DNA from: Adineta vaga
Taxonomy: Eukaryota > Animalia > Rotifera
Assembly: GCA_021613535.1 (NCBI GenBank)
Contig: CP075496.1
Coordinates: 13,516,001-13,580,000, forward strand
Length of the DNA stretch: 64,000 nt
Direction: 5' to 3'
Each line of letters starts with the position of its first letter. Within the stretch, counting starts at the first letter, position 1. Below are positions 25,828 to 38,960 of the stretch, one piece after another. Under the pieces are notes generated by a model. It was not told the origin of the DNA, searched no databases, and saw only the letters and a list, made by a program, of their open reading frames with translations. The position numbers and the translations under genes are program-made.

Positions 25828-27455
25828 CTATAGATTGTAAACATAAATCCACATACGATCAAAACACATTGTTAATGGATCATTTAATTGTAGACGATTG
25901 TCTGTTAATAACGTTCCATTGATAACACCGGAATGAAGTAAATGAATGCGAAAGATACAAAATTGATTACTTTCAAAGTTTTGTACGGCCATATTATGTG
26001 CATCATTTATACTGGCATAGACAGTTAATGGTTTAATTAATCTTTTATCTTCATTTTGCCAACGAAGAAGTTGAAAAGTATCAGTTGGATTTCGAATTGG
26101 ATAATAATAATAAACAGGTTTATTGCGAATATTTGAACTAATAAGTCGAAAAGATTTTTATTGATGATTATCGAGAATGGAAAAAGAATTTACCTTTGCT
26201 TTTCTTTATTTTCTGAAAAGATAGTTTTCGATAGTAAGAGTTTTATTGGACAACCAATTTCGTTCGATAGATAACGTTCAGTTTGTGCATATTCATCTTT
26301 ATTATGGAAATCAAGTAAGATAATATCTTGTTCATGTTCAGGTAATGGTGGTGAAGAATCAGCTTTTGAAGATAAAATATCATCATAAGATGATAATGCT
26401 GATGCAGATGCAATTGGTGTGGATCGTCGTGACGATGATGATGCACGCGGTGGTGGTGGTGGTGGTGGATTATTGTTAGGTTTACTTGAAAAGAAACGAA
26501 ACAATTCATTGAAAAGTAAAAACTCTTTCTTACCGTTGATTATGATTTGAATGTGAGGTCTTCGGACTTGATGAAGTTGAAGATGATTGATATGGTAAAT
26601 TATTTGCATTAACTAAATCAGTTTTGCTAAAAAATATATGAATGAATCAATAATTTATGTCGTTTACTAAACAAAACAAAATTTACCGTTGTCGAAGAAC
26701 TTTCTTGAATGCTTCTAGAATATCATCTTGATCTTGTTCATTGATTTCTTTTTGTCGAAAATAAACAAGACAAGCATCATTAATCACATGTTGGCAATGA
26801 GATTTTGTACACGCATCCATCAATGAATAATAACAGTAATGTAATTTATCACAGTAGATTTTTTTTGAACAACCACCTTTCTTTGCATGGTCAGTACATA
26901 TCCAAAACTAAATGAATCGATTAGATTTTATGAGAAAAAAAAATCCATTTGCTTTTTTACCGATCGCATTGGATCTGCACTAGCACGAACTAAATCATGT
27001 AAAACACTCGTTGGAATAAAAGATAAACCACGTGCATCAAGAATTCTTTTATTATGAATACTTTTTAGAATATCATGATCATATGGACAATTTTTATTTG
27101 TACATTTTGCATACATTGGTCGAATATTATATGGACATAAATGTAGAAATGAACAAAATTGATTTTTACATTGTTGTGCATAATGTGTACAACAGAAAAG
27201 CTAGAAATAGAAGAAAATATTGGATTTCAATCATAGATTCATACATACATCTAATGTCAATGCAATTTTGTCAGTCATTTGAGTTTGATGAAGTAATGGA
27301 CGTAATAATTGAAAAAAATCTCGATAAGGTTGTTCATTAATCAATTGTAGAATACGTTCTTTGGAAATATTCAGTTGATTAACAATAGAATCTATTCTAT
27401 CAATGGAATGCTTTGTTGTAAGCAAATGTCTAAGAAGACTTATCACATCTTCCAT
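25828..27455 (-). CDS. ZAP/PARP12-like CCCH zinc-finger protein with a degenerate ART/PARP-like C-terminus
   Basis: N-terminal helical/HTH segment, then C..YAQQCKNQFCSFLHLC...CTNKNCPYDHDILKSIHNKRILDARGL, a further CCCH exon (CTDHAKKGGCSKKIYCDKLHYC), a Pro/Ser linker and an approximately 140-aa C-terminal domain. Confidence 0.7.
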
Positions 27456-27878
27456 AGTTCAAAATTTTGTTTCTACAAGAATGAAGAAAAAAAAATGTCA
27501 AATATTGTGATTTAGTTGTTCACTTTTTTTTTCAAAAAATCATATCTATTTTTTTTTAAATAAAACTGAATGTTTTTCTTTTTTAAATCTCATGTTCGAT
27601 ATTTCGTTTTCTTGTTATTAAACATGGATAGCAAACTAATGTTTTGGTTTTTTAACGGCGACAAAAAAACTAAAACACGATAAAAAAAACACACACAAGA
27701 AGACAATGCTAGAGATCAATGAATCTGTTCTTCTGTTCTAGTTACTGAAAAGAAAAAAAAGAATTGCACTGGAATAAAGATCACCTGAGAAGAAGAGCAA
27801 AAAAAAACAACATCACATACGTGACCAAAAAGAAAAAGAAACTAACAAATAAACGAGAGAGAAAAAAGAAACGAGTTT

Positions 27879-28809
27879 TCAAAACATAATCATGGGTTGT
27901 TGTTGATGTTGTCCATGTTCGTCCATCATTAATGTCATAATCATCATGGGTTGAGTTGGTGGTTGTTGCTGTTGTTGTTGTTCTAATTGATAACGATATA
28001 TATGTGAACGTTTTCTAAAAAAAATTAAACAAAAGATTTATCAGATTTCGATCGAATGAATGTTCTTATTTACTTATTCTCATCAACAATACGGAAAAGT
28101 GCAATAATATCAAGAGGTTCAACATGTGCAAGACCACGACGTTCAAGATAATCTATATTTCGCTGTATTGCTAATGAATGTCCTGCTTTACAATCACCAT
28201 ATTTGCATAAATGTGGCGAACACATATAAAAATAACATAGATGTAAATCATCACAATTAGGTTCTCGACATGGTTTAGGTTTATGATGACAAACGGCGAA
28301 CTATTGAATAGAAAAGAAATAGTAGAAAAAGAAAGAAGTCGTTTATTTTCTCTTACCGTTTTACTTGGATCAGCCGATGCTAAAATAAGCATAATAAGTG
28401 TTTTTTGCGGTAGATTTTCTAAGCCACGTTCAATAATCACTCGCCGATTGTGTTCAGTATCGAGTGAATGTGATAATGGACAATCGTGAGGTCGTTGACA
28501 CCGACGATTTGGTAAGACAACCGATGGACATAAATGTAAATAAGGACAAGCTATATCTTTTGTACAACCATTTGGTGGACGTGCATAGAACGTACAGTTT
28601 GTAAGATCGAGAACAACAGCAATACGATCATCACCTGGTGAATCCGTAGCACGAAGACGAGCAAATACAAATGGATGAGCGGCAACAATGGATAAAATAT
28701 GTTCAATAGGTGTTTGTAATGATGCACATAAAGTTGAAAGACGTGATAAAGAATTCGTTGTTAGAAGTGTATGAAGAAGAGCAATGGCATTCGTATCTAA
28801 TAATGGCAT
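27879..28809 (-). CDS. ZAP/PARP12-like CCCH zinc-finger protein, short form with Gln-rich tail
   Basis: CTFYARPPNGCTKDIACPYLHLC..CQRPHDCPLSHSLDTEHNRRVIIERGLENL matches the ZC3HAV1/PARP12 N-terminal RNA-binding pattern. A second CCCH exon (CREPNCDDLHLC..CKYGDCKAGH) follows, and it ends QQQQQQPPTQPMM...F*. Confidence 0.75.
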
Positions 28810-29138
28810 GATGAATTCTTCTAAAGGCAGAAAGAAGTGAGAATTCAATTTTAAAAATGATTTAGACATGTTTTTGTCTTTGATGAACCTACTTATGATT
28901 TGAAATTTCCGTTTGACGAAAGATTTGATGTTAATAATCTAGAAATGAAGAAGTTGAACTTCAACACTATGTGTCTCTTGTCTATGCGTTTGTTTGGACG
29001 CGCATGTGTGTGTATGTTTATATATTAGAAATGAAAGAACAGAAGAATCAACAATAATTAATAAAAAAAAGAGAAAATGTCTAAGAAGAAAAAAATGAAG
29101 TTCGTTCACCGAGATCTTCGGTTTGTTGTTAGTTTTGT

Positions 29139-29997
29139 TTATTCTTTTTTCGACGTTTGTGTTGTTAATGATGGTGCAGTTGTTGTTGCTCCACCTATTT
29201 GTTTAGCTTGTTTTTTCTTTTCCGCTTCAATTTCATTTTCTTTATCAATTTCAGCAATATATTTTTCAACTTCTTCTGCGCTAAGCGTTTTCAATGGTTT
29301 ATGTCGAATCATAACAGCAATTTCAACATTTTTCGATCCACTTTGCACAACTTCTAACAAAGCACGAATACATAATTTAATTGATTCATGCGTTGATTCA
29401 TAGATTGTTTCCGTATAAGCTTTTTCTAAATATTCACGAACGGTTTTAGCTTGACGACCAATTGCATTGGCTTTCCATTCGTGATAAGTACCACTTGGAT
29501 CTGTTGAATAAAGACGTGGTGTGCCATCATAATCAAAACCAACAATTAATGTTGATAGACCAAATGGACGACGACCACGTCCTTGCGTATATTTTTGTTG
29601 TAAATCGGCAATAAAACGGGTAATATACTCGATTGTAACGGGATCTTCCACATTTAATCGATGAGATTGACATTCAATACGAGCACGATGCATTAAAACA
29701 CGAGCATCAGCTGTTAAACCAGCAAATGCCATAGCGACATGATCATCCAAAACACAGATTTTGCGAACGGTACTAAAATGATTTCAATCGATCGAAAGAA
29801 ATTTTTATCAAAAATGTTTACCGATCTTCTTGTAAAACAGCAACGGCTTTTTTTTCAACACCTAAGACAACAATATTTTTTCCACGTACACCAACAGCAG
29901 TTGATCCTTTCTTGACAGCTTCTTGTGCATATTCGACTTGAAAGAGACGTCCATCGGGAGAAAATACGGTAATTGCTGTATCATATTCGCCTGCCAT
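29139..29997 (-). CDS. PSMA7: Proteasome subunit alpha type-7 (alpha4), 2 exons
   Basis: [35 protein letters not shown]...[12 protein letters not shown]...[14 protein letters not shown]. Confidence 0.97.
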
Positions 29998-30704
29998 TTT
30001 TATCAATTGATATGAATAGAATCTACAAGAGAAGAAGACAAAATTTCAATCATTAATTTTAAATAAAACTCTTTGAAATGAAAATAAATATAACACATTC
30101 AAAAAATTCTGATGTCCAATGAGTCATTTCATGTTGCTTCAATGAGAAATTAGGAAACGTTTGAATACTTGACAACTAAAATAGTTCACGAGACAATTCT
30201 TTTCCGTACATAAATGACTATATTATTGTTATAACGATGTTTACTTTTTTATTCGAGAGACTTTGTTCGTGAAAATTATAAAAAAATTCGACAGATGGCG
30301 CTCATAACAAGCAACAATAAACAAATCTCTTTTTATAATGTGTATGTAACCGATTAAAATACTTCTGTTAGGTGTAAGTACAAAATCGTCTGGTAATGAA
30401 AATGAGGCTTCCACTATCTCTCCATTCATTAAAATGTACAAATAAATTTGATTTCTCCGATTTATTTATTCATTTATTTTCATTCTACAAAAAAGAAATT
30501 CATTTCCGTCACCGAGACATCATTTTCATGACAAATGATTTTAAAATTCTACGAAAAATGACTACAAAAAAATGAGAAGCATATAAGGATAATGCAAATA
30601 CGACATAAACTACACTAAGAAATAAATTGCATTGTAAATCGTCAGAAGGAAAGTTGATGTGTGGCAAACGTACAACAATGGACGACTTTATCAAACTTGA
30701 ATTT

Positions 30705-32543
30705 TTAGACAATTTTATGCTCATCACTAGCTTTATGACTGAATTCATAATCAAGATGAACAAATGCCTAGAAAAAACGTAAATTAAGAAAGACAAGGTG
30801 TCAATATTTTGTTTACATAACATACTCGTTCAACTTCTGGAATACGTTCAATTTTCTTTTGTAATGCTTCTCCAATATCATGTGCATCTTTGAGAGACAT
30901 GTCTTCTGGAAGAACGATATCAACCTAAAAACGAATTTGTCAATTGATAATCAAATCCGAAATAGAATACAAGTAGATAACAAACTTCAACAAGGAAATG
31001 TGTACCAAAATGAAATGCTCGAACTGTATCAATTTTTAAAATTTTCGGTGAATGATGAAATGCAATCCATGTGATTTGTTGAAGAAATTCCGGTTTTGCC
31101 GTATGACCACTCAAACGTTTGACTTGTTCTATATCAGATTTATAATTAGTTTTGGATTTATAATTTATTTTTACTACACTTACCAATTGCTTGACGAATC
31201 CAAGTTATTAAAATATAGAATGAAATAATAAAAGCTCCGATCGGATCAGCTAAGACGAAGCATGTGGGGATGGGTTTGGGTATAGGTTTCATTGCATGAG
31301 AAGCTTTAAAAAGTATAAAAATTCAATGAAATCAATTGAAAAAAAGAATTCATATCCTACCTAAAGCACCACATGTGAGTGCAACGATATTCGAAAAAAC
31401 ATCATTTCGATGATCTTGTGCTAATGCATTTAATGTTACGGTATTTCCTCGACGGCATAATAAAAACAGAATGAGTTTCAAGACTAAAAATTTCGACACA
31501 TATTACATATATTTTAATCGAAGAATTTCTTACTTATAGTAGAACACATGACCGTTACTGGAAATACGGACATATTAATTTGATGTATTTCTTTTGGAGG
31601 ATCCGATGACATGTTTCGAAGTGCATTAGAATCTTTGACAATCGTTTCGAATGATTCTGTAATGACCATAACACTTGCTGAACACATGATTACCGAAAGA
31701 ATAACGATTGATATTGGTTCAAGTCGTGTTCGACCTAAACAAACTCATGAACTGAAATTCGGAAAGAAAAAATTTCTGTTCTACCTTGAGGATACATAAA
31801 TGGATCACGTCGTTTAATCGCACGTGTAGCCCAAAAAAGAATAACACTCGATGTTAGATCAACACCACTGTCTATCACAGATGAAATAACCGACAAAGAA
31901 TGGGACCAATAAGCTGCAAAAATTTTCACTATGAAAAGACCCTAAAATATCATTTCAATTAAGATAAGATAAATATTCTTCTCTTTTCAATAATTAAAAC
32001 ATTCAAATCATTATCAATAAGGAGTTATTGTTCTTACTTCTTTCTGAGAAGTAAATGTAAAAAATCTAAGCAATTGTTGTATTCACGCAACAAAAGAATC
32101 ATGATCTATATATACGTACAATATTGATTATTAACGATAATTTTGTATAACGACTATTTCGTTTTCGTCGTTGCATTGGATCTTCTTTAACGTCTTTATT
32201 CTTGTTGTCTTCACCTCCTTCATCATCTTCATCATCATCTTCATCATCACTATGTTTATCCGAATGAAGACGATGAGCACGTACGAATGTCGATATAAGT
32301 TTGTCTTGTTTTTTATAGAAACTCCTTGGGAAAAAAATTAAAAATTCATTCAATAAATTGAAATGGTCGATTCATACCGAACTTTCTTTGGTAGTTTTTC
32401 ATCTTCGACTCGTTTTCCACGACGACGAGCAGTAATTTCTTCAAGTGAAAACTCCGGTGGGGTCGCTGCTGAAAACAATAAATTCCTCCAAAATGAAAAC
32501 AAATCAATTCACAAACCTCGATGTCCATTATTTTCACGATCAT
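30705..32543 (-). CDS. Cation diffusion facilitator, MTP8-11 (Mn-CDF)-like metal tolerance protein (start codon uncertain)
   Basis: [109 protein letters not shown]. Confidence 0.9.
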
Positions 32544-33222
32544 TTCTTTCCACACTTCGTCGATGTAAAGTCGCTAAAAAACCCGAAAATTATCGATTAA
32601 ATGAATTCTTATAAGTTACTAATAATAACATTCAACAAAAATATTTTTCGAGCAACGCCAAATCAAGACAAAACAAAACACACTCACACAAGCGACACAA
32701 ACGATTATATAGTCTATACATATAATAAAAACTTACAAGAAGTTGTTTGTGATAGAAGAACACTGGAAAGAAATATAATTATGAACAACAAAATGACTCA
32801 AAAATAGATTAGTATTTTATAGCATGATCTTTTTTTTTTCAAAAAATTCTATTACCAACATGAATTTCTTCCATTTAATCATTGAGCACCGAATGAACTC
32901 TCATACACCTTCCTTTCTACCACCATACCGAAAACTTACGTATCTTCTGCCGATTCGGAATTGATTTGGATTAATGAGAACAATTGCCCACCATCTGGTA
33001 TTATAACAGAGTCCATATCTTAATCTCGTGGAAAGAACACTAAATGTACTTTTACAAGTAGTATAGTATGGCATATTATTAAGTCTTGACTATTTATTTT
33101 AGCTAACCAATCATTATTCAGTTCCATTTTTTGGGGGTATTTTATGGATTCACTTGTTCATTATCCATTCCATTCGTATATCGTGATTCGTGATCGATCA
33201 TTCGTTTTTTGTTCAAAAGAGA

Positions 33223-35437
33223 ATGCAACGTCCACCTTTACCAACACCGAATCGTAATCGTTCACGTCCCCAACAAACTCCTACATCTCATCAACGTGGT
33301 CTTGTTCGATTTAGTACACCGAAAGCATCACCACGTCGTTCACCAGCTACTCAAATTCTTCCAACCAATAATGGTTGTCTTTGGGAAACATATGGTCTCG
33401 ATGAAAATTCCTTAACAATACGTTTTCTTTATTCTAATTTACTTTTACTTGGTATCGAATGTTCACCTATATTCTGTCGTTATCGTACTGGCCAACAACA
33501 ACAACAAATCTCCATCGATGAACTTTCAAATTCCACGGAATTAATTCGACTTGTTACACATTTTCTTCTCTTAACCTATCTATCTGACACACAACAAGCT
33601 CAATATTTACGTGATACAACACATTGTTTTCCACCTATGGCGATTGATAAACAACAAGAATTTAATCGAATTGTTAAACAACATTTCAAATCATTGGTTC
33701 GACAAATCTTTTCATACATAAATCTAAGTCAATTGTCTAATTTTAGTCTGATATATATCAACAATATCCATGGCCACAATTAATACCAGTTCCTTCATGT
33801 TCACCACGTTATTTTATTTGTTTATTCTATTTATCTCAAATATGTTTAATCTATCGATTAGAACCTATCGATGTTCAAGAACGATTTTTAACGAATGAAA
33901 ACTTTTTTAATGTTGATTTAACAAAAGAACGTGTTAAACGACAAGTTCGTATGGTTAAAGCTGATACTCAACGACATTATATGATGTTATTTAGTAAAAT
34001 AGCAAATGAAAAACGTGAACGAATTGAATATGAAAAAACTAAAAATGAATTAGATGAACGTATTTATAAACTAATTGATTATCTTGAAAAAATCAAACAA
34101 AAAACAGAAATTATTGATGGTAAATTTAACAATTAAAATCTCTCTCCTCTCTCTGTTCTTATTCTATTGTTAGGTTCATTCGATCAATCTCAAATAATTG
34201 ATGAAAATCAATTTGATACATTTTCAAATCTAGTTCAAGATCTTCATACAAGAATTAATTCAGATATTTATAATAAATTAGAATGGTTTATTAAACATGG
34301 TTTATCAACATCATTACCATCCATGGGTGTTGATATTGGTTTACAGTCAAATACTTCTCAACAAATACATGATCTTGTAAATAAACAAGAAAATGGTAAA
34401 AATTCTTTTTTCGAAAAAACAAACAAACAAATTTTCTCTTCTACAATCAAATTTTCTTAGTTTCAAATCGAATAAGTCGTTTATATCCAAGATTTACTGA
34501 AACATCATCATCGTCACCAACAACATCGACAAATATCAGTTTAAATGATCTTATTCAATCAGCTAATATTTGTTTAGAAAAACGTTTAACATCTCATACA
34601 GCATCTGATGAAAATTTTGCTAAACTTAAATTAGCTCTTGAACAAATGCATACAACAATTGAACGTACGGAACAAGTACATAAAACATTAGATCATTTAG
34701 AACATTTACCCAAACATATAAATCGTTATTTAAATGATCAACAAGAACAAAAAACACCATTTGATCATATTGCAACACGATTCTATCTCTCTGTTGATTG
34801 CGGACAACAAGCAAGAGAAATCTTTCGAGAACAAATGAGTAAACAAACGCCAAATTCTTTCGTAACTTGTTGTAATACAATTGCAACATTGAGTGCAGAT
34901 GAATCGACAAGTGATTTTATGAATGATGATACAACAATCATTCGTTGTCAAATGCCAACATCTGTACCTTTACCACCTGTAACAGATGAAGGAATGTTAA
35001 AAGGTTTAGAATGTCTTTTACTTAGTGAACCAATGTCCATGGATGGAACCATCTCAACAACAACAACAACAACACCAAATGAAGATGAATCATTTCTTAA
35101 TCTTGAACGTGAATGTCGAATGGAATCAGATATTTCATTGGATCATTCACATGCAAAAACAATTCTTGCAAATATTAACATGGATGATAAAATGGAAGAA
35201 GATTATATAGAAAAAGAAAATATAATACCAATACAATCAAAATTTCAAATGAATGATTATCAATTTGATAAACTTGATGATGATATGCAATTTATTTCTC
35301 CTATTATGTCAGTACCACTTGGACAGTAAGAATACTCTTTTATCTTTTCATCTTTTTTATTTTCCACATTTTCATTTAGACAAGAACCTGTCATGCCAAA
35401 ATTACTTGAACAAATCGAAACAATTGATCCTTATTAA
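33223..35437 (+). CDS. Probable augmin subunit HAUS6/Dgt6-like (multi-exon)
   Basis: The N-terminal pattern LYSNLLLLG...LVTHFLL...CFPP...QQEFNRIVKQHFKSL...PQLIPVPSCSPRYFICLFYLSQYVL parallels the HAUS6 N-terminal domain (LWMYLQALG..ISYFLF..CWPP..EFRK..SPGGPKFIHLMYHF) and is followed by coiled coils. Confidence 0.6.
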
Positions 35438-35979
35438 AATTTCATTTCTGATAGTCTCTTTCTCTAGTCAATACAATGCAATATATTTCTCTCAAGTCCG
35501 ATAATAATCTCTAATCTTTTTCTGCTGATATATATATATACACATGTGATCTTTGTCTTCTCTTCAATTAAAAATAAATGTTACTTTTGATAAAATTAAA
35601 TATTGAATTTATTTATCGAGAAGCTTTCGTATCTTTCTTATGAAAATATGCTAATTAAATGTCATCTACATCGTTGATTGAAGAAGAAAAACAAGACAGA
35701 AATAGATTAGTTTTACAAATATGGAGAAATGAAGTCAAGATTTAATGACGATTTTTAATGAAAATTCATTGAATCGAATACAAATCTTTAATATATTCTT
35801 ATTATTCAGCTAAATAGTGTCATCTATTGACGCAAAGATTTGTTGGATGTAAAAATCGTACGAATGAAAAAAAACTGCTTCGAAGAGAGTAATAAACCTT
35901 TTTTTCGGATGTTTTGGTTCTGGTGGAAGTTCTAAAGAGGAAGGTTTGTTTTCTTTCTTGTTCAAATCAAAAGTAAAGA

Positions 35980-38049
35980 ATGGCTTTAATATTTTCTGCA
36001 ACTCATTCGTATTCAACATGTTTCGAAGATTTACCGAATGAAATCTTATTATCAATCTATCGTTATTTATCTCCAATCAATGTTCTTGATAGTTTACTTA
36101 ATTTAAATAAACGTATTAATCAAACAATTATTTCCTATCGTGAAAAGATTTATTTTTCTCATTTATCTTTAAATGAATGTTTTCATTTATTAAATAATCA
36201 TTTACCCAATCTTGCTTCGAATGTTTCTTCATTATATATCGATACGCGTTCGATGTTAAATATCGGTAGAATATTTGAAGAGAAATTCTATAAAATCGAT
36301 CAACAATTTCCTCTTCTTCGTCATTTAATCTTTCGACAAATTGATATTGAAACATTAGAAAATCTTTCATGGCGTTTTAATACAATGTTATATTTACATG
36401 AATTAGATATCGATATTGATGAAGATCGTGCAACACTCTTACCAAGTCAATTTAATGAATTTCTTTGTGGAAAATTATTCTCCATATCCAATACATTTCA
36501 AATTTTAAAATTAAATTTTACAAATTATTATTTTAATCTTCAATCAATTAAAACAAAATGTTTAAATCTTCGTCAATTAACAATTTCAATAAAAACATTC
36601 GATGATTTATTAATTATATTTGAATATTTATCAAATCTTGAACGATTAAATGTTACTATTTCTTGTGATATTGTTTATAACGAAGTCAATAATACATATT
36701 CATTCGAACAACTTTGGTGGAAAGTTCCTTATTTAACACATTTTTCGTTAAATATCGAACAAAACGGTTTATTTTCACATGATTATGTTATACCACATGA
36801 AATCATTCTTAAAATAATTGCAAATATTTATTCATTAGTTTTTTGTCAATTTCACTTAGATCTTCAATTTCGATCTTCACTTTCTTTAACAACAACGAGA
36901 GAAGTTTATATTAATAAATATTTTCCATATGTTGATGGATCATTATGGCAACAAGCATTACAACGACATGATAATCATCTCATTCATTTTGAATTACATG
37001 TAGAACTTGATGGAATTGGATCGCGTCGATATCGAAATATTCATGAAAGAGATTTAGTTTTCGTTCAACAAAATAACGGTAAAAATTCGATACAATATTT
37101 AAATATCTTTCTCTAGAAATGAAAATAAAGAACTTACATAGTACTGCTTCATAATCGAGATCTATCTGTAAAGGATGAACAAGAAGAAAGGAAAAGAATT
37201 TCTCAATTTATATTCATCTATTTTCCTTTAGATATTGATTTTAATTCATTACTCAAATCGACATTTTCAAGTGTTTATTGGTTACAAAAAAATATCAATA
37301 TTCAATGTATTCAAACAGATTCTAAACATATTTCAATCTATACAATACCTTTAACAATATCTTCACTTTCAACAATCATCAATACAATTGAACAAACAAT
37401 CTCGGTGAAAACATTTCCATTAAATTTTAAGAAAACGATTCAAACACTTCGAATCCATTCCGATATCGGTTATCAATCATCAAAATTATCCTTAAAAAAT
37501 CTTTTTATACAATTTCCTTATTTAAATCATTTACACACTGATGTTGAATTTGTCTTTCCTCCATCAATTATCATTTGTTCGAATTATTTACATTCGATAT
37601 CATTGAAAAATTATGCTCTTTCATCTTGTTGTATATTACTTGATTATTTACCAAATGTGAAAACACTTTCATTATCAAATGTACTTTCAAGTGAATTAAT
37701 GAATAATTCATCTTTAAAAATCATCAAATCAATCAATCGATTAAAAATCATTTTAACTTATGTTGATGTACATAATTTAACAGATTTAATAGACTATTTT
37801 CCAAAGCTCGAAGAATTTTATTTAGTAATACAAAATGCAACTAATCGTTTAAGTGACGATTATGGACAATATAAGAAATTTGATTTATTTTTACAAAATT
37901 TGAAATATTTACATTACATTGAAATGATTCTACCGTCGAAACAAGAATCATTTCCAATCTCTCAATGGAAAAAAATCTTAGATACAAATCAAACAATATC
38001 TAATGAAGCAACACAAAATGGATCATTAATATTAAAATCATGGTGTTAA
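35980..38049 (+). CDS. Lineage-specific F-box protein with divergent LRR-like repeats (intron about 37079-37231)
   Basis: F-box STCFEDLPNEILLSIYRYLSPINVLDSLLNLNKRIN; repeated FP.L..L.I / L.NL..L motifs; two long ORFs joined by a GT-AG intron. Confidence 0.8.
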
Positions 38050-38960
38050 TTCACGAAACAAAACAAATCAATTAGTATAGAAGATCTTCGGCTTTTGTTT
38101 TGTGTTCTGATGTTTTGTAAATAAATTATTTCATTTACAATTAGAATTAAAATGATCTACCACGCTTTCTATTAGAACAGAGTGTATTGATTGACATTAT
38201 GAATAATTTATGTTTATTTATCTAATTAACAGAGAAAAGGTTGGTTTATTATCAACAAAAAATACCAATAATGACTGCTAATTTAACGTCGAAATGCTGA
38301 TGACATTTGTAATAATGGTCTTTTGATGATCTTCATTTTCTCTTGGATGGAAAAGAAATGTTTTGGGTTGATTTTACTTCTTTCATTGAAATCATGTTGT
38401 AATTTAAATATGTCGTTGAAGATTCACTGGAATCAATTGATTATGTACACTTTTCTTTCGATTGAAACGACGATCATAAGAGATAAAATACTTTTCTTTG
38501 TGCTCACAAATGAATATTTTATACTGAAGTACATTGTTTCGATAGAGAATACATATGCAGTTTATGATCTTACTCTCTCACTTTTTCTTTTGAAATATGT
38601 TCAAGTATTTGTTTGATACTTATCATTGATATCATACTTGCAGTAAGAACAAACACTTGATCTACTCTCGTTGATAGAAGTCTTTGAAACTGTTTTCTAT
38701 GATGAACATATATCGTTTGTAAATTTAATGTATTCTCATTAAAAAATAACAATACTATCAACAATTTTATAAGATATACTGAAAATTCATATATTTTTCT
38801 TTACAAATAGTTCATGTGCCAAGAATTATATTGTTTACCTGAGATATGCAATTTAATTTTCCTAGAAAAATAGGGACTAGTAGCAACAACAACAACAAAA
38901 ACAAATATCACTGTATACATACAACAAAAATAATCAAGAGAAAAACAAATAAACAAAGGA

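Noticed and set aside
30705-32543. MTP-type transporter as horizontal transfer from plants or fungi
   Set aside because: Mn-CDF/MTP-like genes occur in other invertebrates, and this gene has many ordinary introns. HGT cannot be claimed without a phylogeny.
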